NCBI GenBank assembly: GCA_012026655.1
Contig: JAAILG010000136.1
Location: 1 to 64,000, forward strand
From: Hydrolagus affinis
Taxonomy: Eukaryota
Direction: 5' to 3'
Length of the DNA stretch: 64,000 nt
The translations under genes and the position numbers were made by a program. Numbering within the stretch: the first letter of the stretch is position 1; each line of letters opens with the position of its first letter. Under the pieces are notes generated by a model that saw only the letters and a program-made list of their open reading frames with translations, was not told the origin of the DNA and did no database searches. Positions 27,801 to 40,799 of the stretch are shown here, one piece after another.

Positions 27801-29187
27801 TATCAAACTGAAGGCTGCTTTGGTTTCATTTCCACCGACACATAAACGTTTTGTAACATACTATTCAATCTATTTTTGTTCCAGGCAAATTAAGTGCTTT
27901 TACTGAAACTGTGCCTTTACCAGCAACAGTCAGTCACTCCAGACTATTTGTGTTTTTTTGTTGATGTCCGGCCACTCTGCTCAGAGGCATTTTAACACAG
28001 ACATGCACTGCGATCTCACCATGGGTGTTTGAACACACAGGAAAACACTGGTTTATTGTTGTTTTGTTCATATAAACCAGCTGAGAGATCACAGTGTTTC
28101 ATCTCTTAGTACTGTAGCAAGAACCATACAATTTATTTCTGTGCAAATATGGGAACTAGTGATGTGAAGTCAGATTCCGCCACAGTTAAGCATTCTTATC
28201 CTGCATGGAGGGCGCTATATAAGTGCAAGTTGTTGTTGTCATTGCATTGATGATAGATATCCCTTAAAATATAAGCATCGTGTTCATACCACAACCACAA
28301 CATACCACCATAGTACCACACTACAGTATTTTGTTTTAAATAAAAATAATCTTATTTTTAATCATGTGTTACAGTTGTTCCTCGCCAAGTTAGTGGTTCT
28401 GTCCAACCCATTCCACCAAACATAATGTACTCTAGCCTGGGGAAGGATGTAAAAATAGCCATCCCCACCAGAATAAACAGATTGATTAAAACAGGTTGAT
28501 TTGTAACACACAAGATAATTAGAAATGGATGTGGGGACTGATTTTCTCACTATATCATCAGCACACTGGAGGTGAAAAAATAAACCTTCTACTCAGTCAA
28601 TAATATGCAGTCTGAGGTGAACTTTCTGAATAATGCCTGGCAATAACTATCAGGCATTTTTTCCATACAGACTTCCACTCCTCTCACAAGGAATATCATT
28701 TTCTCCCAGTAGTGAATATTTTACTGTAACGTGGCAACAATCTTGAAATGAAAATAGCTTATCAATGAATAGGGTTAAAGTCACGGGAGGGGGATGCAAT
28801 CTTTGCTAAGGGATTGATTGATTTTACTGCAGTAATATTAAACATATCTTGAATTTGAGTCTTATCTATCTTCTCAAAACTGGGAATGCCTTCGGTCATT
28901 AGTGATTGCCACATGAATTGAAGATTGCAGTACATTTTGTTCTAGTTACGTTGGTTGGCTTTAACATCTTCTGGTGTTATAACTTAGTTAGGCCAGAAAT
29001 AACCAAAACCTATTTTATTTGGCCAGTCGGGTATCTGGCACATGTTTAGGAGTGTCCGAACCAAGAGAGTTCCATGCGTCTTGCCCACACGTGGCAATTC
29101 CTATGTATTCTATGCTACTCCCTCATTGTAACGCTGGGAGTAATGATAAATCATTTGCTGGGACCACGTTTAATGTTTAAAATCTGC

Positions 29188-29256
29188 TTCCAACGCCTTG
29201 GGACGTCCTCCTGACGTGAAAGGCGCCTACACAAGTGTAATTTTGTTGTTGTTGTT
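29188..29256 (+). mobile_element. Short L2 3'-terminal fragment; other copies at ~22880-22935, 34820-34893, 52055-52122 (-) and 60826-60891 (+)
   Basis: gccttgggacgtcctcctgacgtgaaaggcg...aattttgttgttgttg recurs at least 5 times. Confidence 0.75.
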
Positions 29257-29945
29257 GGCTACCAATCTGGCTGTATTCACTCATTTTAAACATTGACCAT
29301 ATTTCAACTGCAGTCAGCATAGCAATGTGGCGAAGTCAGAGCACGCTGTATAAATTGGACTTTGTACAACCCCCTCACTTTAATGCTGGAAGTCATGATG
29401 AATCATCTCCTGCAGTATAATCTGAGCGGTAATGCACAAGACTTCGAATTGGTTACCAGCCTGTAGTTGAACGACTTTCCGAAATGCAATAGCTTACCAG
29501 CGACTGGCGATGAGGTCAGGTTATGGGTTATGATTTATTATTTAGTGTTACTGCAGTGAAGTAAATAGATCGCCACTTTGCGAAGATTGGTATCCTCCCC
29601 ACCCTCCCCCTCCCCCCCACACACCCCCCAACTTCACCGACCCCCACCACATGATTAAAAATGTATTCATCAAACAGCAATTTTCATTTAAGCATCACTC
29701 CGAAACTTTACCTAAGAGTGCACCTTGTTGCTTTATTATGATGCGACAGATATTGATGGACATTGATGTTGCATCTGTTCCATCAATCTTAGCAATATAA
29801 ATGTGTATTTTATAACTGCGTTATCACCTTAGAATATCCAAGTAGCTGTGGCAGTTATAATGCTCATGAGCATCTGCATAACTTCACATTGGCAGGCAAA
29901 TTTAAATAGTTCTGTGAAATGCATAATCTATAACAAATGATCTAG

Positions 29946-30143
<198 letters not shown>

Positions 30144-31778
30144 TAATGCGCACTTTCTCTTCAAGTATAACCTAGATTTTAAATCATTTTGATTTAATCA
30201 CTGCACTGTGGGAGATTATTATTTTGCTTCTCTGTGTTCTGAAAGGCAGAGTAGTTTCGTTTTGCGTTTCTTGTGTGTGATAACAAGGCTTTCTTCTTCA
30301 ACCATTTTGGATAAGTTTCATGACGGTGCTACTGTTTGTTAAGAGAATGTTGATCACTTAAGTAGCTCAGGTACCGTTCCCTTCTGTTCAGTTTGGCTTT
30401 TTCCACCATGTTTTCAAGAGAAGCTTATTATATTACCAAAAATATTCTCTACCAATGCTTTTCTGAGCTGAAAACACACATTTTGAGATGTCAAATACAT
30501 TTTTCGAATAGTCTTATAACGAACCGAGAATATCATGGCACTTTTAAACCAGAATTTTGAATCAGCGTTCATTAATTTGAAAGTAAGATGCGCTTTCAGA
30601 AATATTTAAAGTGAGACTTTGACTATATAATCAATGCATAATCAGAACGGCTAAAGAAACGTATTCAGTGAGTCACCGCGAAATGTTTTTCTGTGGATAA
30701 TATGCTATAGTTGCCAGTGTTGCAGTGATCGGTCATGAGCAAGAAAACACAACCAGTCTGTGCCGTTTACACCCCAAAATGCAATGAGATTAATGCCCCA
30801 CACCAAGGAGATGACTGGTCAATTAATACTACCTATTAATGGCCAGGTTGCCACAGGAATTCTTTGGTTTTCTAAATTCCTTGACTTTGACATCTTCGAC
30901 AAAAGCCATGCTATGATTTATTTTATTACAGATATTTGCTGCAAAATAAAATGAAGATAATGCTTGAATTGGTTTTGCCCAGTAAAGCATTTTTATGAAG
31001 TTGGATGTACCAGCAAGTATAATGGTAATCATATCCCCCTAGACATAAAATCTATCTCTTGAGGCAATTTCATGAAATCAACGCCTATCTATTTAGAAAA
31101 AAGGTATGTGCTATTGGAGAAACTAGGACAGGCCTGTGTTTGTTTATATATAATATATATTTACCACTTTTCTCCTGGCGAAAAACGTTTGGATTTCTTC
31201 AATGTTTTGCTTTTCTGCATTTTAAAATGGAAGTGAATTGTGAAAGCTTTAAACAAATGTGTGTGTTCAAAAGATGTAATTGGGTCTAAAAAAAAAACCC
31301 TCTAGATTATTTTGTTGGAATTGCCTGAAACATTGCACAGAGAGTTCTGGAGATGTGACATTGTCATCCCTATTCTTCTTGCAACAACACAATTGTCTTT
31401 CTGAACAAAACAAGGCAAAATAAACAGCCTGGTAATCCTTTCAGTATATATCCATTTACGTTAATATTTCCAAAATGCAGTTTATTGCTTTGGGATTATA
31501 GAATGGAATACATATCAGTGAATCAAATTATTTCTGCTGCTGATATAATAATAAAAACTGCAGCAGTTGCGATGGAATTTTAAGAAAAAGCACTTTGCAA
31601 ATTTCAAATAGAAATTTAATTACTTGCTAACATTTTTACAAGTATGTAAAGAACAAGGATGGCACAGTTGCAGTTATTGAACCACATGTCACTGTTATTT
31701 ACCGAATTATTTGTGTTCAGACCATTAAAACCTTTTTAGAGTCATTATAATTTATTTCTAGAAGACACATATGTTTGA

Positions 31779-31922
<144 letters not shown>

Positions 31923-33404
31923 TAAAAAATTGTCACAACATACCGTGGCAAGGTTACCATTTTAGTTTTGTTTTCTAAGGTCATATATATTAAAATTAAT
32001 GTGGGGAGAAATTGCATCGATGGAACGGTTGCATCGGTCGAATTATTGAGTGGCATTTTAGTATCTAGTCGTGCACTACAGCATCATGTCCCTGCAGAAA
32101 TGGTTTTGATCCTGTTCCCGAATGCCTTGTCGCCGAATAGTATAATACAGATTAAATTATTAGGAATATATTTTGAGAAATGACACGGAAATAACAATAA
32201 TAATAATAATAATCTGACCAAATATTTTGAATGCGCGCACAGTACAAATATTCAATCGTTTGGTTTGGTGCAATGATTATTCTTATTATTTCTGGTGTCA
32301 ATGGCGCACTAAATGAGCTGGTAACTGTTCAGGGATCTCTCAGCTGAGTTGCAAGACGCTACATCACGTGGATCTACTGTGCAGCATCAAGGCACCAGTT
32401 TTCCCGCACTGTGAAATCCTGGTGCACCAAATGAGGAGAATCGACAATAATTGTTGATTGATATTCTGAACATTCTACTGTTTTCTCAGTCTGTGGAACT
32501 CTGCCAGAAAGCTTTGCCATTTGATGTGCACTTGAGGAGGGAACGCAAATCCTAACAGTCATTAGATGATCCTGGCTTTATTCGAGCTTAAATTGGGTCA
32601 GAGTCCCTCAGAGCCCCAGCACTCTTTCTCAGGAAACATCAATTTCATCAGATATCCATCTTCATTATGACTGCTTCCAACTGCACCTGCTTATAGAATA
32701 TCCTCTCTTGTTCCTGAAAGTAGGCAGAAGTCATTTTGAACAATTTGATATTGCAGACAAACGTAACTCGGAAAACAAAGTACGTAGCTAAAGAAGACGG
32801 GTAAATAAATAATTCACCCTAATAAAAAAAAGTCCCAAACCACCTTTCCACACATTCTTCATATATATATATATATATAAGATTGACAGATCAAGAGTGG
32901 AAAAAACAAAGAACGCTTAATTTCAAGATGTTATGAAATGCAGCTTTATGTTTTATTGTTGTAAGTTACACAAAGTGCAAAACCCCCCAGTGAAATCCTC
33001 CTGCCATCCGTTCTGCCATCTTGCTGTAAGAAATTGCATAGATTTTGGGTGACTTGTTTTACAATCTTACCCATGGAACATCTGTTGGTTAATCTCATCT
33101 ATTTTAGATTTTGGGTGGGTGGCATGTTGGTTTTCATTAGTGGTGTGTCGGTTGTCAAATTTTCTAAAGATCTGAATTATTTTTTAATAAACGGTATCAG
33201 TGATATTGTATCATATGAGCTGTGGAGAGATGATAACTTGTTCATCTTATAATTTCCTTTTGCCTGATGAAAGATCCTGAAACTCTCGGTATCTTTCTTG
33301 TTCATGATATCCTTATTGTGCCTATTATTCAAGACAGTGTGTTGACAGGTAACCTTTGCAACCAAACTGAGCCTTGTATTCATATCATGTCAAGTGGCTG
33401 TTGA

Positions 33405-33734
<330 letters not shown>

Positions 33735-33826
33735 TGATTTGACCCTATTACAGCTGTAATGTGGTGGAATAAAAAGTCTGTGTTATCTGTAGGTGGAAAT
33801 TACTGACTGATCCTTGTCCATTTCAG

Positions 33827-33955
33827 GTTCAGGAGCTGCAAAGTCCTCCACGGGCAAGTTCGGTAGTGAAAGACTGTGTAAAAGCTTGCTTGGACTCAAC
33901 TTACAAGTATATTTTTGACAACTGTCATGACCTGTATAATCAGATGCTAGATCAG
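33827..33955 (+). CDS. UNC13C: UNC13C exon ([43 protein letters not shown])
   Basis: TTTCAG acceptor, CAG|GTAATA donor. Confidence 0.96.
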
Positions 33956-35059
33956 GTAATAAATCTTTTTCCATTTCCTATAGAACTACTAGATTCAAAG
34001 ATTATGTGCGTTTAAGGCTATTCATCTTGCAAGTTACTATTTAACAAATGTTGTATCAACTTCTGTAATAAAAGACCAGGGTACACAATAAGTGTATTTC
34101 AAAAGTACACTGCAAAGTACTTCAAATATGTTTTACCCAAGATTACCTTTTTAAACAGTTTGTGGGATATTGCTTTGTGTAAATTGACTGCCGCTTTCGC
34201 CTACAAGGTATACAATCATTCCATTTTACTATAAATCCAATAAATCACTTTGAGATGTTCTCCTGACAGAGTGAAAGGCGTGATCCCAAATGTATGGGGC
34301 ATTTGTAATTTATTTAGATCAATTGAACAGCAAGCAACTCTGCAACCAAGGGAAACAAATTGCCTGTTCTTGTATTTACATGATTCCAAATATCACTGCG
34401 TGATTTGCCTGTGACATTATGCCTGCAGTAATCCTAAATCCCAAATAGAAAAGACTGTTGTTACAGGAATGCATTTGATTCAAATGAAATAACAAAGATT
34501 GTCAGATGGAGAAGTGGCAAACAACACTTGAATGAGATCAATGGTCTGTTCCACTCCTGGGTACTTAAAAAAATAATTTCATTCCAAATAATGAGCATGC
34601 CAAATGAATTGTGAGTTTGAAGTTCTCCTTTGAGAATGGCAAATATTTGGATTGCCCTTTTAAACATGTGAAGCTAATTGATGCAAATTTACCTTGCATT
34701 CAGAGCTAATATATATACATGTATAGTGTCTTATTTTTGACACTGGTGCAGTTTAACAAACAAAATCAGTAAAGTTGATGCATCTAAAAATGATTTGAAA
34801 AATGACCTTGTCAAGCATGTAACAACAACAAAACAACAACAAAATTACATTTGTAGAGCGCCCTTCAGGTCGGGAGGACGTCCCAAGGCACTGAAAGATA
34901 AGCGATGTAATGTTGGTACTGTATTTGTATTGTAGGCATTTATTTGTAGGCATTTATCTGTGTCAAGCCTCTGGAAAAACAAGAAGTTTGCCCATTGAAC
35001 CCATACATTTTCCCATCTCAATGACAGTGATATTTATCAATGGACTTGCTTTCCATATA

Positions 35060-35715
35060 ACTTGAGGTAGGGGGAAAATTAGCCAAATATAAAGGAAGCC
35101 TTTTGTGAAGGCAATTATTATAAATTGGACTGGGCTGGTTACACCCATCAAATATATTGATATCTTTGATCTAACAAGTGTTTTTGGATGAGACTGTGTT
35201 GATGGATATTAATAGAACTTGTAAGTATTTGACAAGGTCTCTCCCAGGACATATAATCAGAGTAAAAGCTTGTGGCATTTGATAGTAAAACTGTAAATTG
35301 GATTATTCGTCAGCCAGATAACAGTGAGTGGCTCTCAATGATAATTGTTCTAACTGGACATTGGTTGAGTATTGGAGTCCTGTGTGAATCATTCTAGTGC
35401 TCAGTTCTTATCATATTTCCTAGAGCGAAACCTTGGCCAAGTTTCCTTACTCCACATGCCTGATAATAATCCTTCGAAAAACAATTGGCCATTTCAATCC
35501 ACAACTGTTTGTGGGTCACTGCCGTGCGCAATCGGCTGCCACGTTTCACCCACAAATATCCACTCAATTCATTTTACAGCACATTCTGTGCAACGTTTTA
35601 AGATGTCTAGAAGATGTGAAAAGAGCTATATCAAATCAAAAGATTATTATTATTAGTTAATTATCACAATGTTTATTAATTACCTTGAAGAAGGCATTGT
35701 AGGTGAAACATTGTT
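35060..35715 (+). mobile_element. Highly decayed CR1 reverse-transcriptase fragment split by a SINE
   Basis: Remnants of K.FDKV, GI..K...WI, GV. and, after the SINE, MFINYLEEGI (cf. YINDLDEG). Confidence 0.55.
35421..35656 (+). mobile_element. SINE family A, 5'-truncated, inserted in an old CR1 fragment
   Basis: Match from gcgaaaccttgg to the (TTA)n tail. Confidence 0.87.
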
Positions 35716-35966
35716 TTGTTTCTTGAGGAAAGGGCTAAAGACTTCTATAACTCTTAACAACTGGTGATTATGAATGGAAAATATATAACACGACTGCAAA
35801 AAGGAAGGTTGTTAAAACTCCTTGAATACTTGAATCACTTGAATCACGATTGAACATTCAGACACTTGTACAGGAACGCAGCTGCTGGCTGTCAGTTTCT
35901 TGGGTATTTCAGTTTGCTTGAAAGTATTTTAAACTAACGATGGGATTTATTTTTCTGCACTGACAG

Positions 35967-36100
35967 AGTAAAAAACAGGAGGTTCCTCGGGAGGAGCAAG
36001 GCCCAAACATCAAAAATCTGGACTTCTGGCCTAAGCTCATTACTCTGATGGTCTCCTGTGTCGACGAAGATAAAACAGCGTATACACCCGTTCTGAATCA
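35967..36100 (+). CDS. UNC13C: UNC13C exon ([29 protein letters not shown]...YTPVLN)
   Basis: ACAG acceptor, TCA|GTAAGT donor. Confidence 0.96.
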
Positions 36101-36639
36101 GTAAGTTGCGGCTTCTACGTTGGGTGTTTCAAAGATGGTTATTCCGTACATGATAATTTGTATTGTAAAATATCATTTGAAGCAAGGTGATGGGTTTCTG
36201 GGTATATCACACACCCGCCGGACCACGATAAATGTGACATGCAACCCCTGGTTTGAAACAGAACTAAATTTAAGTCTTCAGTTACCAATAAACTGTTTGC
36301 TTTAAATATTAAAAGCCTTTTTGTAAGAAAAATATTCTTCTATTTATCATACGCCTGTGTATTGTGATCAAACACAGGATTAGATCAAATTAATAATGAT
36401 GCCATTGTGTATTGGTACTAATAATACAGCTCAAGACTGCTTCCCCTCACTTCCTCCTCAGAAGACCTGCTGTTCCATGTGTCTCTTGGCTTCTGTTCAT
36501 AGCTTGCCCAGCTGTCAGATGTCACAAGAGCTTGCATTCAGCACTGTTTCTTTCTCGTGTTGTCTAATGCTGGAAAATTCTTCGCCAATGAGGTTCTTCC
36601 CATGTGAAGAGCAAACGAAATAACTCAATAACGATAATT

Positions 36640-36856
36640 TAGCCAGTAACCGATCTAAAAGAGGGGTAAGGAGGATGCTTTTCACATGGATGGTGAACAG
36701 CACAAAGCATCAACGTATTTAAGAGAGAACTTGATGCATACATGAGGACGAGGGAATACAGGGGAATGGAACAGAGGATTAGACCAGTGGAGGCTCATGT
36801 GATGTATGAACAGTGGCAGACAATAGTTGCGACAAAAGGCTTGTTTCCATGTGTAA
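36640..36856 (+). mobile_element. Decayed CR1 3' end
   Basis: tttaagagagaacttgatgcatacatgagg...ggcttgtttccatgtgtaa. Confidence 0.55.
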
Positions 36857-37519
36857 TGTCCATTGTAATTATATAAAAATATTACTACCTGCAGTTTTAA
36901 TGTAACCATTGATACTGTCATAAATTTAGTTTCTTGTGAGGAGCTGCCCTCAAGAATATTAATGAAAGAAGCTCCTATTATATATTCCTAATTAGTCTCA
37001 TTAGAATAGATTGCCCTGGTCCCAATTTACTTTGTTTATGTATCATTTTATTGCGTGCAGAATTTGGGAAATTGTCGAATTCAGGCTAAACTTTTGGTTG
37101 TCTCTAGATTCCTTTAAGAACTGTCACAAAATTAAGGCTGTGTTTGAAGCTTGCCAAATCCTAGATGTACTAAAATGCCACATCAACAGAGTTAAACTAG
37201 ACCCAGGTGGAATTTCTCCCCAGTGGTGCTTTGAAGCCTGTGAATGGTACTCATCATATCCGTACCAAGGCCACAAATCACTGCTTCTCATTTGTTTGAA
37301 TGTTCAGACTGCATTCGTTTTGGGACCACAAATCAATTGTGTTGTACTTTTACTGTTGCCTAAATTTATAAGAGCGAAAGGTTCTATTAGCGTCATTATA
37401 TTCTGATAGCTAGGAATTGCTTGTTCTACTGTAAGCAACAGGTCGCTGGTTGCCTGAGATGACAACAACAATAACAACAACTTGTGTTTATATATATTCC
37501 TTCACTTGGAATAACGTAG

Positions 37520-37795
37520 AAACAACAGAAAAATTACACGTTTATAACGCCTTTCACGTCAGGAGGATGTGCCAAGGCGCTGGACAGTTACTGCTTCAGA
37601 CCCGAGTTTAGCTCAGGGGGGTGGGGAGAGGATTAGGAGGTGCCGATGGAGAGTCTTGAAGCAGGACTTGAAGGAGGACAGGGAGGGTCGAGGTGGTGTG
37701 GACTGCAGGATGGAGTTCCAAAGGTTGGGAGTAGAGTGGTTGAAGGCTCACCCGCCAATGGCGTGGCGGGTGGGTCGGGGGACGCCAACTGAGTG
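37520..37795 (-). mobile_element. L2-clade LINE 3' end (ORF2 C-terminus + 3' UTR stem-loop + TTG-rich tail)
   Basis: Reverse complement translates GG*AFNHSTPNLWNSI...FKSCFKTL (cf. L2 GGRAFS..AP.LWNSLP..FK..LKT), followed by the short tail element. Confidence 0.75.
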
Positions 37796-39364
37796 CGGCG
37801 AACTGCAAAAAAAACAATCTTATGGTGCAGTGTCTGTCTCTTTACAGTATTGGGTCTTTTTCATTCTCAACACAGCTACAAATATCCGTGAAGTGTAAGC
37901 CACCAAGGAAAATTGGCAGGATTTTCAGATTACTTAATGTTTGACTGGAAATTGATTGTGAAAATTTCATTTGTTTTGGAGTTGCCCTGTTGCCACCTTA
38001 ACATCCTAGAAGCTCTGTGGGGTATTCAGCTATTCCAAACCATTTTAAGTCAATACACAGTTGATTTAGATCCAACTGCAAATTATATGGTCTGTTTGCC
38101 GCCATGCTTTTTTTCCCGTAGATTGTTGATGATGTATTTAGGCTCCAAACAACTACAGTAAAATGTTCCAGGAACAACCTTTACTGTAAGTGAACTATTC
38201 TTAGAATTATTTAACGGTAGCTATTCAGGGAAGGGGATATAAATATATAGGAGATTTTGTATTACAAAACGGCGTTCCACCTGAGATTAAAAACTTGTTT
38301 TCGAGTGTTTGCATAGCTGTTCATTCTGTTCCGCATTACCATTATGATTTTTCACTACAACAGCTGTTTGGGACACAAAATCCATTCAATATTCCAGCAG
38401 AGTGCCCCAGATTGAACTCAGCATAAGATCAAGCTTTGTGCATGATCCATCATTACAGTGAAGAGCACTATTAGAAACATTTCAACCCAATTGCTTTCAA
38501 ATACCATTTATGAAAGACTCTTTCTGGTGTTTAATACCAGCATACTATTTCAGTCTGTGAATTCAGACTAATGCTTTATAGTCTGATTTTATTCAAGGTA
38601 TGCTGTGAGGTATGTCGAGGGTTTGTAGTACAGAAGCTCTAGTTGTGCTAGACCGTTCACGCATGAACTTGACAAAACCTCCTATCATTTTGAATAATTT
38701 AATTTGACCATTCAATAAGCCATCAAGTCAAGGTGCGTTCTCCAAGATAAGGCAGATCAATAATTTAACTTATTGTAAATGCTTCTCTTCTCAATTATAC
38801 CCATTATTGTACATTCCTGCATTGTTCCAGTGCACCCTTTTGGTGTCAGATTAATATCAAAATACCTAGGTAAAGATATTTTGCTAAAGGTAAAATTAAT
38901 CAGGATTATTGTTTGACAATAATTAGAATTCTCGCAGTGTAGATTTTTGCACAAAGGACCTTATTTTAGGTCCTAACTGGATCAATCTGTGCTGGATCAT
39001 TAGTCAACACTGGCCCTTATCATTGAATGTGATGAGGGGAAAAGTATTGGGCAGCAGAAGCACTACCAATTTATCCTGAATAGCTACTGATTTGATGGTT
39101 CAGCAATCCTAATGTTTTGGCTCTGATCCTCTGTCTGAGATTATTCCAAACGTTTATCACTAATCCTAATATCTGTGGTTATGTTTCACTATACAGTGTA
39201 ATGCTTTCTCGCTATCTTTTCCTTTATTTAATTTAAAATAGCGTTTTAGCCTTATTGTCTAAACTAATATTGCCTCAATTACTTTTCCTCTCCTCTTGTC
39301 TACTTTTTTTCTGGATTGTAGAAGAGTCTCACTCTAGAATGATGTCCTGTAATTTTAAATATAT

Positions 39365-39720
39365 AAGAACATAAGATAAGAACATAAGAATTAGGAGCAG
39401 GAGTAGGGCATTTGGCTTCTCAAGCCTGCCCCGCCATTCAATACGATCATGGCTGATCTTCTATTCTAACTCCACCTGCCCACATTATCCCCATATACCT
39501 TAATCCCTTTATCCACAAGAAATCTATCAATCTCAGTCCATTGATATCAAGGACTGAGCATCTGCAGCCTTTTGGGGCTGAGAATTCCATAAATTCACTA
39601 CCCTCTGAGTGAAGAAGTCTTTCCTCGACTGTGTGCGAAAAGGCCCCTAATCTTAAGACTGTGGTCCCCTAGTTATGGTTTCTCCAACCAGGGGAAACAG
39701 TCTCCCACTGTCTACTCTAT
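39365..39720 (-). mobile_element. CR1-clade LINE 3' end with (TTCTTATG)-like tail
   Basis: aagaacataagaattaggagcaggagtagg...tcaagcctgccccgccattcaat; matches the distal part of 24291-24822 in reverse. Confidence 0.85.
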
Positions 39721-40332
39721 ATATACATTTTATTTGCTTTTCTGTTGCTTTAATGCACTATTCTGACACTTAAGGTGATGCATGTACCCAAATAAATTCC
39801 AAATTAATTTCTATGTCTCTCTACCAATTCAATCCTCCTCATTGTATAAAAATGTGTCATGTTTTACTATTGTTTATTATTATTGACACTTTTCTTTGCT
39901 AAAATACTATGATATAATAATAATACTTGCTTTGGATAAAGCCCAATTATTTATGTGCCCAATTTTGCAGTACATTTAAATCCTTCTAAATCTTTTTTGT
40001 TGCATCGTGTATCTCTAACCTCCAACCTAGAGATTGCGCTGATTCCAACCAGGAGTTGTATTTTTAGAAATGCCTGTGGATCATCAATCACCACATCTGC
40101 TCCGGTTGATGCATATCAGCTAAACCTGTTATTGATGGGTGTTGGCATGTTTTCAAATCATTATCTCACAGGGCATCTAAGTAGCTCTGGAAAATCCTCT
40201 GCTTCAGACAGCGCTCTTAACTAAGTTCTGTCATGTAGAAGAACTTGCTTCAAGGGGAACGGTTAAAGATGCAACAGTCCAAATATACGTGCGTTAACAG
40301 ATCCATTACAAATTTCCATTCCATTGCCATTC

Positions 40333-40368
40333 AGTTCTGACGAAGGGTCATGACCCGAAACGTTGACT
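40333..40368 (+). ncRNA. Minimal type-I hammerhead ribozyme motif (repeat arm continues to ~40430)
   Basis: AGTT-CTGACGA-A-GGGTCATGACCC-GAAA-CGTT-GACT: both core boxes, stem II, palindromic AACGTT, stem I AGUU/GACU. Confidence 0.6.
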
Positions 40369-40713
40369 CACTTTTCCTTTCTCCGTAGATTCTATCTGAC
40401 CTGCCGAGTGTTCCCAGCAACTTCTGTTTTAAATTTACGTTTGCCACAAATTTATTACATACATTGTCGCTTGCTCAGTTTTCTTCTCTTTGTGGCAAAG
40501 AAATCTAATCAATAGCTGAGTGAAAAACAATCTCAAGAGATCCCAATACAGAAATATCCCAAATAAAAACTGTATGTGTGAAATACATCCTTGTTCTTTG
40601 CAGAATACAGTGGATTCTGATTTGCTCCTCGGTCACTGCTTTAAAAGTGTATGTTATGATTGCACTATGTTTCAAAAGTTAAATTGACCTAATGGAATAT
40701 GATTGCATTTCAG

Positions 40714-40799
40714 GTTCCCTCAAGAGCTTAATATGGGAAAAATAAGTGCTGAGGTTATGTGGCAACTGTTTGCCCAGGACATGAAGTACGCTCTAGAAG
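40714..40799 (+). CDS. UNC13C: UNC13C exon ([28 protein letters not shown])
   Basis: TTTCAG acceptor, AAG|GTAATT donor. Confidence 0.96.
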
